NCBI GenBank assembly: GCA_010909165.1 | Contig: MU008214.1 | Location: 197,905 to 261,904, forward strand | Source of the DNA: Anthoceros angustus | Taxonomy: Eukaryota; Plantae; Anthocerotophyta | DNA length: 64,000 nucleotides | Reading direction: 5' to 3' | In this document: positions 47,984 to 58,506 of the stretch, in pieces | How the letters are laid out: each line of letters opens with the position of its first letter | Numbering within the stretch: the first letter of the stretch is position 1 | Notes under the pieces: model-generated | Told to the model about the DNA's origin: nothing | What the model saw: only the letters and a program-made list of their open reading frames with translations | The model's database searches: none | Program-made: the position numbers and the translations under genes

Positions 47984-50820
47984 ATATCAGCCCTGAGAGA
48001 AAAGTTGTTGAGCAGAGTATACGAGCGCTCCCTATATGGCAAGAACCCAATCTCCTTCGCCATCAAGAAGTAAATGACGTCGTAGATGAAGTCATACTTA
48101 TCGATGCACTGCTCGCCAAAGGGGCAACGAGCCAGTTGGGTCCCAGAGTCGTCGAAGGGGGCTTCACAGCTACTGGACAAGAGAGAGTGGGCCACAGGTT
48201 GGACCAAACCCAAGCAGAATCTCATCACGGTAGAAAAAGAAGCCAGTGCGATTCAGAACGCTTGGATGCGAGGTTGGGCTAAAACCCGAGAACCTGCTCC
48301 CTTCCCCGAGCAAGAGCGGAGGTGAGCTCGGGTGAGTCGGAGGATGGAGGAATCCAAGAGAAGGGTTAGCTGCGCCTTCTCATACTGCTTCTCATGGAGG
48401 GAGGCTTGAAGCCCACGCAACCCAACCTCGGAGAACGAGGAAAAGTGAGGCATGATAGCCTTGGCGTTGGAGAATAAAGATCCCTTAGCCAACCTCAAGG
48501 ACACTTATAGAGGGAAGGCCCCCTTCTCAACGCCCGAGTCGAAGGCCTCCAAGATGCAGGAATTCCTGATTAAAAAACGGGAAGCCGGGATGGGGGCAAA
48601 GAGGGCCCAACTTCCTAGAAAGGCTGTCGACGTAGAGGCCTATGTGGCCAACAGACCCCTGCCTCCAAAAGCAACAGGTAGAGATGCATGGCGCTACGCA
48701 AGATCCTCAGAGGCGCACTCGAAGGTGCCAAAATTGATTATGTCACCTAGTGCCTACATGACCTATTTGTCAAAATCCTTCATGCTAGAGAGGAAAGCTG
48801 AAGAGGGGGCCACTGTACATAGAAGATACTTCGGCCGATGCATGAAGCAGGCAGAAAGGATGGCGAAATGCCACCTGTGGGTCCGCCAGTTGAGAAAGAT
48901 CCCCAATATGCGCCGAGTCCTCCTTAAATTCTTGCATGGAGGCTAGGGGCCCCCCGGGATGCCTAAAACCCCAAGACCCTTCGGAGAAGAAAAATCACCC
49001 TGTAGACAATAGAGAGAGGGTATAACACGTGTAAGGGACCATACTCGACACTTCAAGAGGGACCATACTCGACACTTCAAGATCTTAACTTTCAGATCGA
49101 GGCGAGAGACCTTCAAGTAGTGAAGTTGAAAAGCCTCTTTGATCTTGGCTCCCAGCCCAAGGTCAAGGAGGCTGCCTCTTCAGTCTCGGAATGTCTGTAT
49201 CCGTCTGTGGGCCATAGTGAAGAGGCCCCTGCCTCATGCCTATCGCCGTGTCGAGCATGGAAACCCCGTCCCGTGAGGGCCCGAGGTGATAATAGAGGTT
49301 GGAGGGAGACCCATAGAATGAGTGCACAAAAGGAATAAAATCGGCCAACTGCCCGCAAGCATCCTTGAGCTTTTCAAAGATGAACATGATAATTTTTGAA
49401 GGGGGTGAATAATCTCGAAGGGGGTTTTCCGCAAATAATCTCTGAAGGGGGTTTTCCGCAAATAATCAAGGGGGTTTTGATGGGCCCTAAAAGCTTTTGA
49501 AGGCATTGCGGAAAAAATCTCAAAAAAGGGTGTCACCCAAGAAAGTTACTACTTTCCATCCAAAGAATGTTTGTGTCGAATGGTGGTCGAAACTCGAACC
49601 TAGGGAATAATGCAAAGTAGGAGCGGTGAGGAAGGCTGCCTCGCCGAAAGGACGATCAGAACTCGCTTTGGGAGGAAAATGTGGTTTTGTTATGACACCA
49701 TAAAAGCCACTTTATGTGTATTTCTAACACAAGAATATCAAGAACGGACTTACAATATTAACTCAAACCCCGAAAACGAGATTTCGCTTCACTCATCCCG
49801 TAGTTCAATCCTTCGTCATCACTTGTCCATTTTCCTGCATTGTCATCACTATCTTCACACTTTGACTCGCAGTTGTATAAAGCCACGCAACTCGCAGAGC
49901 TTATCCCTTATCGCTTTTTGTCCACCACATACGATGTTTAGGAGTAATTCTACACTGAATCGACCAGATGTTGGCTCGATTTCAGACGGCATTTGCTTCT
50001 AAGGTTAGCCTTCATTCCAAGGTTGCTTCTAAGGTTAGCATACTGAATTTTCGATGGAAGTGCCACGTACAAGGGGTGCGTGGAAGGGAGGGCTAGAATG
50101 GGCACGCGGAGGGAGGGCGCCGGCCGGCCGGTGCCCTCCATTCGAGCTCCACCCGTCGAGCATACGGCTGGTGGTGCGCGTAGGGAGGGCGCGGCCAGGT
50201 GGTGTAGAGGAGGGCGCCGGCCGCCGGCCGCCGCCCCACGCCGCACCACCAGCCGTGATGCCCCACGGGTGGCCAGGGAGGGCGCCGTCAAGCCCCCGCC
50301 AGGCGCCAAGACCACTGCTTGCCCACCCAACGGAGTTCATAGAGAGGGCGCGGCCGGCCGCCTCCCCAAAGACATGCCCTGCCCTAGCATATATCCTATC
50401 GCGGCCTAGTAAGAGGCACCTTCTGAGATGCGCCTTCGCGGAGTTCAGTCGAACCCGATCCACGTGAGTGGAGTCCAACTTAGACCTTGGTGCACCCCTA
50501 CCCTCATCTTACAGGGCTTCCCAATCCCCCGCCTGGAAGCGATGGAGACGGGAGGCAACCTCCCAGTGGCTAGAAAAGCTGCCCCGGGAGCGACGAAGAC
50601 TCCACTGAGGGAGAAAAAGGAACAAGGCCCAAGTAGCCTCGTCCTGGGGATTTTGTGCAAGGTGCTCCAAGGGAAGCCGGTAGGCAAGAACACGATATCT
50701 TGTGAAGGGGGTTAATATCCGAACCCCCTTCCGCGAAATGAAAACCCCCTTAGCACAATTCACACGTCCTAAATACGCTGCTTTGGCTCTTTTTAAAAGC
50801 AGACGACCATGTTCCAACGA
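47984..50820 (-). mobile_element. CRE-like non-LTR retrotransposon, decayed, 3'-truncated in the RLE, with an unrelated ~0.5 kb segment at ~49540-50040
   Basis: WALFLFLPQWSL..FQAGDWEAL; FIPFVHSFYG..MRQG; RAHLRSCSGKGAG; RFCLGL..C..D.SG..LARC..G; YRERS..RADI. Confidence 0.8.
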
Positions 50821-51056
50821 GTAGGAATTGAGAAAATTTTATCGCACAACAAAGACATGAAAGCAGTGCGGGCGCGGCCGGCGCCTTTTCATTGATTCTT
50901 TGGAACATGGGAAATCAAGACATCAATTGCCTCAATGCAACGGGTCCATAAGTGATTGGGAACTAAGCAAAGCAGCAGATGCACAGTACATGAGATCACT
51001 AAGCCTACTCCCTACGGCTAACTTGGGACTCGTCCGGTAGAGCAAACTCGAATCCA

Positions 51057-53300
51057 TCACAATAGCGATTTGAATCGCTCCACTTCCTCTTCATCGGCCG
51101 CTCTCCCCAAGGCCCTAGTGTCTTCGTTTAGTCTTGTGTCGTCGTCGTCAGGGGTCGTGGAAGGCTGCCAAACGCTATCCAAGGATTGCTGTCCCTCTGT
51201 CAAAAGTGCTCCAGTTTTGGTCTTCAGCCGCCTTGCGTTTAAGGAAACAACCTGAGCTTGCAGGGAGTCCTTCTCGCTGATACACACCTCCTTTGCCCAG
51301 AATTGCGCAAGTCCTCTGCGGTGGGCGTCAAATGTCAGTTCTTCTTCAGCATCAGGCAGAACCTCATGCCCAGAAATCCTTTGTGCAATATATCCTGCAC
51401 ACCTCAAGTCGGCTTCTATAGCAATACAATTCGTCGCATAGTAGAGCCGCCAAGAACGTTGTCCCACTCCCGAGCATACATCCAAAACCCAATCCCCTCT
51501 CTCGAGAAGGTTCGGATAAGTTCATCATAAGGCCCAGAGGCCTCGGTATGGGCAAACCACCGACTTGTCGTGGGACATGTACACTGCTTTCTTCACAACC
51601 GTATCGTGAGCGATCACGACCTCCCATTGTTGAAAGTGCCGTGCATGGCATTGGGCATCATTGGAACTCTATCCCTGTGAACCCATCTTTCATTCCCCAA
51701 CCCATGTGACATATTCCACGGTTTGAACCCACCCTGTCATTGTTCATGTTGGTCTTGTCCCATACAAATGAGACCAAGCCCCTTTCTTGCACCACCTTCG
51801 CATGGACTCCACGGTGTGAGCCTCCTCCACACCATGCATGACAATCATTCTCAACTCATCGGAAGTTGTTTTCTGCAAAGCTCGCAAAAGGTGTCCATCA
51901 TCCGCTTGTCAACACGTTTGTCCAAGGGCCCAATTTGAAACCCCTTGGAGCGTCCATCACCATAAGTGTGTCTTGGCGTCCTCTCGAATCCACGCATGTC
52001 CGCCAAATCTCGGCTTTCCACTTGGTATGCACTTGTTTATCCGAGGAGGGCACATCGAACACCTCCCCCCTCCTCAAGGTCCTTGTCCGCTAAAGCACGC
52101 TTCTCCACCCCTTTCCAATTGTTCACCTCAAAATAAAATGCCGAAGGCATCCGGAAGTTTGGACAAGACCTCAATGTCCTTCTTGCGAACCACAAGTTTG
52201 TTAGTCCAAAGTGGGAAAGAAGAATGGAGGGCGCCGGCCGCCGCCTCCATGACCTTGTCTGAGCATGGACAAGAAACTCACCTTTCCAGAAAGCGCTTTG
52301 AAACCGCGACAAGATCCGTGGAATGCAACGGATATTCCTCTCGGACCTCCTCAATGAAGAGCACCCTGTGCTTGACCATCGCCACTTGTATGACATGAAA
52401 CTTCTTCCGCGTGATCTCCTCATCCATGCCCTTCAAATCAATCGGGCCGATTAACACCTTTTCTCGCGGTGACGAATTTGTCGACCGCACTCTCAGTATG
52501 CCTTGAACGATTTCCATGGCTTTGCCAACATGTCCTGGCTCACGCATACGTCTCCATTTGCTTCTGCTCCTCAGTCAACTTGCGCTTCCCTTTCCCTTTC
52601 TTGCTTGTTCCTGCTGGTAAATGCTTCTTCTGTTCCGGGAGTTCTCCAGCCTCCCACTTCGAGAAAATGGTGTCCACATTGGCCCATACCTTTCCTTCCT
52701 GCTTGGCAATGCATAAAATGTGTGTACGGTTATCCACTTTGTTCTGCTTATACACATCGTCTTCGCGCCCTTCATCATCCTCAATCAGCCCAAGCACCTT
52801 GTACAGATTGTACTTCCATGCCATTGTCATCTGTACTCCTTCTCGTTTTGCTATCAAAAGCTCATCTCTTAAGTATCGGACCGCTCAATGAAGTTCATCT
52901 TCTTCCGCTTTGTCCGACATAGTGTTGTGACTGGCAAGGACTCGCATTTACGGTATAGTAAGCCCGCAATAGACATGCGCTTCAACGTATTGGAACCTCT
53001 TCTTCCCCGGTGATATATCGCATAGATGTTTCATGGTATAAGTGTGGTTCCCACCAAGAACCCCATAACATATTTTTTCGCCCGCCATCTCTTCCACCAA
53101 CTTGCTGAGGTCATTGCACTCACTTGGATCAATCATACATAATAGTGGGTACACCCTCCTCTATCCTCCCTTGAAATAACTCGCCGAGCATTGGCCCATG
53201 CCTCAACCTCAATCTGCAGATCCGCGAATATGCGGTCGGTCGTAAGTTCTCCAATTTCACTAGCATCTCCATGACAACCTTCTTTCCGTGTCAATCCCTT
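51057..53300 (-). pseudogene. ParB/Srx-like domain plus beta-class N4/N6 DNA methyltransferase, copy B, frameshifted
   Basis: YGVLGGNHT..VYCGLT..LASHN..MNFIER (53070-52875); LMVMDAPRGF..WDK at the motif IV position (~51965-51915); FVWDKTN; VCPY.RPLGLMM..FSREGDWVLDVCSGxGTTFLAALLC..NCIAIEAD. Confidence 0.8.
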
Positions 53301-53829
53301 AGGCGAGTGAGGGGTCTGCATCCGATCGCCGCAAGGCGTTCGTCCTGTCAAAATATGCATGGGAATGCCACCAAACACTTCCTCTTGTGCCCGCCTTTTG
53401 ATTTCTTTTCTTCCTCCTGCCTCCGTGCTTCCACCGCCGGGTTTCTTCGCACCTCATGGAATCCAACACGCAGGCGCTTGCCTTGAGCGGGCTGGTCGTC
53501 CTATCTCCTATGGCGAGGAGGCGCCGCACCGGCGCCCCGCCTCTTCCTCCTCCTGGCCCATACCGTGTGTCCCCCGCACCCACTTCCTCCTCTGCCTCCA
53601 ACGTCAAGACCTCTTCCACCGCGTCCGGAAGGGCTCTGTGGATGGAGGTATGCGGCGCCGGCCGCCGCCCGCATCTCCTTCTGAACTGGATAAACCGCCT
53701 GGAGTGGCCAAGTCCGAGCCGCACTTTTCGCGCCACCGCCGGCGCCGAAGGCCTCCCCGGCATTCACTACATGTGCACACTCATAGATGGCCCATGCCAA
53801 GCCAAGCTGGGTAAAATTGCCGCATCCCT

Positions 53830-55100
53830 ATGTTCGTCCATCCCCGGAGACTTCATCATCGGAATGTCCCAAAGACGTCAGAATCGGGCCCTCTTCCTCA
53901 TCGGATGGGCCAAGTTCGCTCTCTGGAAGGCTGCTCGGCCTCTTCAACCATTCTTTGATGTGCCAAGACTTCTCATCGAGCTCTCTCCTATGATCAATGA
54001 CGTCTCGGTTATCTTCCCACAGATTGCCCTTATAAGGGCCATTCCTACCAAAGGTGGGCGGAAAACAAACAAACAAGTTGAATGTTAGTCATCAAAGTCG
54101 GAGGGTTTCGCATAATGTCGTTGTTGAAACTTATCGCAGGCATGCATTCGCGGAACTCTTCCACTATTGCCGAGGTGCACATTTTTGGCGTTGAATCCTT
54201 GGAGGTGAGAACATAAGACCAGAAACTCGGGGTCTGGATGACGGCATCGAACTCGTATGGCCCGGTGGTGCACAATAGCGTGAACTCCGGCTCCCCTCGC
54301 TCATGTCCATGTTTGCCCAGACACCCTTGCTCCGATTTGGCAAAGCCCCGATACCCCATTATCCGAGTTTGAGCAAGGGGTCCATGTCTGCTTCAACCTG
54401 TGCGGATCTGGACTAGCATCCAATCCTTCACAATGACAATAGGGTCTATCTGCCACCCATCTGCGGATGTGCAGCTCTTCATAGCCGAATGGCGGAATTG
54501 GTGCAGTGCACGGATGCTTTGAAGCCTTGCCTCCCTCCTGCCCGCCACCGCCTGCTCGCTTGTTTTCCCAAGACATGCTCCCGGATTTTGCTTGCCCAGA
54601 GGCTATATGGCCCCCACCCTCCGAACAAAGTGCTGCCTCCCAAACTTCCTTCCACCGCCTTCCTCTCGGCGATCGCGGAACCTCGTGCCGCGATTTAGCG
54701 GATGTCTTCGCCGCAATCGCTTTGCCTTCTTCTCGCTGGGGGATCGGAGGATCAACGCCTGCCAGTCCTTCTTGCTCCGCCTTCCGCCGCCATCTTTAAG
54801 AATGAACCCCGCATCAGACATCACGAATTTGGAAGGCGCACAATTGTTTAACATGGAAGTAGAACGAACCTCACTCGCAGACCCCGCCGATTGATGCACG
54901 AGGAATGCCTCTGCCTCCCCAACCCCGAGGCTCCCGTGATAGCTGCAATCCCAAGCCGCTGAAGGGAGGATTCGTGGAATTGTGGACACACCTCCTCCAA
55001 ATCGGGCAACACCGCCCGACGCTCCTCGTTACTTCTCCTCAAGTGGAAGTGCTGGCGCGTAACTCCACCGTGACGGCAAGTGGCAAGAGAAAACAAATAG
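53830..55100 (-). pseudogene. decayed ORF(s) upstream of the ParB-MTase, including a possible GRF-type zinc finger
   Basis: RPYCHCEG...N.GYRGFAK.EQGC (~54440-54320) and an acidic segment SDEEEGP..SDDE. Continuity with the MTase is not proven. Confidence 0.35.
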
Positions 55101-55851
55101 TAATTAGGGTTTCCTCCCCAACTGGTATTTATAGCCCAAAAACATGCCCGATTAACTTATGCCGATATATCCATATACCCCATATAAACCACGATATGAA
55201 CCATAACCCTATTGACTTGGGTGGCCGGGGCACACTCAATGTGGACAATAAAAGCGGAGGACGGCGATATGCCGTTAGATATCTCAGACGGAACTCCATC
55301 ATGTTGTCGTTATTACAGAGGAACATAATATCCTACCTACCCATGCGCGACGCCTATCCATAAAGACAATGGCCATCTTCACCATTTTCCTCACATCGGA
55401 GGTCTCTTCCAGAAGACCTGCCGGCGACTGTGGTTTCAAACGACGCGGCGAGTGTGGTTTCAATCGACGCTCTTCTACAAGTTGTGCGCATACCATGTTG
55501 CGGCTCACCCACACACCACCTAGCGAAGAGGTTTGAGTTCGGCCCTTTTGGAAGGATTACTTGGTTTTCACCCCCTATCTTGTTTTCGGATTCTGAGTTC
55601 AGTTAGTGCATCCGGTTGCAGGATGAACAATGGGAAGAAGGTTTCTCTTCACAATGTCGCGTGTTTCCGTAAAGATGGAGAAGCGAGTAGACTGTTGAGT
55701 GCCACCACGCCCCCTCGAACCTCGGCATCACGAGTCGTTTTGCCATTCCGAAAGACGTGTTGATAATGAAGGTAGAGGATGATTTTTCCATATGGGAACT
55801 GTGGACGCTTAGTGTCAGCTGGTTGTGGGATTTTGATGCATTCTTCCGATA

Positions 55852-57899
55852 TTGTTGTTCGATACGTCAAGACGCCGCCAGCCTCTGCCAACCGTCTCCG
55901 GTGTTCCTCCAACACCTAGGAATTTGCATCGGTATCTTTGCGTTGGAGGAAGCCCATCCAACCGACGTTCAAGCTTCCGAATGGCGGGCGTTCTCCCGCC
56001 AGAGATACATCGGCGGTTGCCGTGGTTTGTTTTCGCGAGAGCTGATTGCGTCCGCCACCGGTTGAGGAAGGTCCCATTGGCGACAACGAAGATTCGAGCG
56101 TTTCGCCACCACGATGCCTGTCGTTCCTTCCATCCCAAGCCTTTGAGTGAGTCTCTGAAGGCTCCAACAAGGGCAGTTGTTATATCACGACGAAGAAGAG
56201 AAGCTGGAGTGTCGTTGCGAAAAAGCGAAGGGGATACAATGACTGCGGATTTCAAGAAGCCTTGTTGCATAAAAATGTGTTTGCTGCGGTTGGGGAAAGC
56301 GCGATTTCAAGAGCAACGGTACCGCTTTCTTCGCATGGGGAGACAGGAACAGGAGACATATCTGCAGTCTCTTGTTCAGTCCACTGGATCCCGAGGTGAT
56401 AGGGCGAAAGTGGTGACACATGTCATGGGGGCGACTCCTATGCGCTGCTGCTTGAAGGCTTTTAGAAGAGTACATTGTCTTGGCCACAGGAGGTATGAGG
56501 AGCTAAAGAGCGAGTCATTCGGAATCACCTTGGGATGGATTTGAACCAAACCCGGCACGCCGACGATGCGATGGATGCCCTTTCGTGGATGGACAACGCT
56601 TTCACGTTTATGAGCACGCCAAACTTGGATGTTTTAATCGCCCGACACGTATACAAAGTTGGAAATATGGACCTTGTACAAGCGTCATGAAAACTCTAAC
56701 ACTACACGTCAAGTACCCATGGTTCTTGAAAGTGGAGAAGCAACTTCCCAACAAGAAAATCCCAAGTCCAACAAAGTTTTCAACATGCTCGCAGTGTCCG
56801 AAGAGCACTATCAGAACACAATGCACAGGGAAGATCAAGGTAATTTGCACCAATGTGTCCTCCATGGGGTTGTTCACCTGCTTCCGGATTTGCTTGACTA
56901 CCCCGATGGAACGGATGTGCTCTTCTAATACCACCTTTTGTCATATTAGATGCATGTACGTGCATGTTCTACAATGTGTTTGTGTTTGGTTTCCAAACGA
57001 AGGCAGCTTCAACACGCAATGCTGCCCGCTATTTAGTGGTTTCCACGACGAGGAAGCCGCTTGCTCACTCCTCCCCTAATCGAGAGGCAAGATGAGGCGC
57101 CCGGGCTACCAATCCGAAACGAACCAGGGAGGGACGGCGTCGGCGCCCCGCGCGCCGGCCCAAATCGGGGAAGGGAGATTGTGGAGGCGCCGCCGCCCCA
57201 CCTCCCTCTCTCCCCCACTTTATCCGCCATGTATCCCCATTTCGGATGAGCGTCGTCTGCAAATAAGCATTCTTTGCATGTGAGGAAGTTTCCTTGTTAA
57301 GGTCGGCGATGTCTGTTCATTTGGAGGGCCCAACGGATGCCGTTTTTGAGGATTTTGTTATATTTCTGACTAGGACATTTGTTTGTGGCACAGAGAAATT
57401 TCAGGCTGCTTTGGAAGCACACCGCGTGCGCCTCCACCAGGAGCGGGAGAAAATGTCCAAACAGGGAGCAAGAGCTATGTGGAGCCACATAAGTATATGC
57501 TACTATCCATAGATGGAATGGACCAGAAAGACAGAGATTCCTCATCTTCTCCGGTCAAAACCTCGAGAGGAGTGTCGATTTCACCACGTGGTTGGGTGTA
57601 TGATTCACAACCACAACAAAGCGAGAGCCTATTTGCATTATGCGAATTTACTTTAACGACGCAACCGACGATCACCATCATTCGGACGTTATACATAATT
57701 ACGAGGGGTCCGCCAAGAGTTTTGTATCAATCGGACAACACATGCGGGGAGAACAAGAACCACTGCTTTTGCATATCCGAACATGCTTGTTGATATGGGT
57801 ACTTTTGAAAAAGTGAAAGTGGGATTCCTTTTGGTCGGGCATACGCATGATCAAATCGACCAGATGTTTTCTTGCTTCTCCAAAAGCTTGAGACATAAA
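55852..57899 (+). mobile_element. Sola-like (DUF7869-type) transposase, copy B, frameshifted, intron 56840-57393, 3'-truncated
   Basis: VPPTPRNL, KPCCIKMC..FQEQRYRFLRMG..EQETYL, KFSTCSQC, LLSIDGMDQK, SDNTCGENKN and KVGFLLVGHTHDQIDQMFSCF, all colinear with copy A. Confidence 0.8.
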
Positions 57900-58174
57900 C
57901 CCTACTAGAAATGGCCCCCTATGTTACACTTTTTGTTAAGATTTGAACCCCCCCATGTTGCAATTATGTTGAAATCTTGGGGTCTCATTAATTTATTTGG
58001 CCCCTTATAGCCAGTTTGTAACCAACCTCCATCTTGTTACACCTACATCTTGTTGCAATTTTGTTGCATTGTAGTGAGGCGTATCACTTCAAAATTTCAA
58101 CATATTTGCAACAACCAAAGTGTTACCCTCTTATGTTATGCGCTTTGCAGGCTTGGTACCGAACCTCCTTCCCA
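57900..58174. mobile_element. DNA-transposon arm starting CCCTACTAGAAA
   Basis: Inverted homologue of 47690-47983. Confidence 0.7.
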
Positions 58175-58506
58175 TGTGGGTTTGCCATTATTGCTTTCAT
58201 TCCTTTGTTTTTCCCCGCCTTTATCATATATGCGCAGTATCATTTTATAAGCATATAATATGCCTTATTTCCAGCACGTGACGGCCTGGCGTCATTACTC
58301 AAATTTATATACGATGCCTTTTCAAAATTGTACACGACAAGTGGTATTCGTGTTGTCCACTCCGTTTTGCAATACTGCCGCCGCAAATTTTACGCTGCCT
58401 GCTTCCACCCTATTCGACGCAGGTGCCTTCACGCCACTCAGATTTCTGTGCCTTGTTGATGAGAATCATAGCTGCTCTAGGTAGCAAGACATAGCAACCA
58501 GATAGT

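Noticed and set aside
49580-49610. tRNA/SINE-like GGTTCGAGT..CCACCA on the minus strand
   Set aside because: The T-stem does not pair, and no A box or cloverleaf was found.
49030-50040. Three short direct duplications (17-27 bp) inside the CRE element
   Set aside because: Ordinary slippage or repair scars with no further structure.
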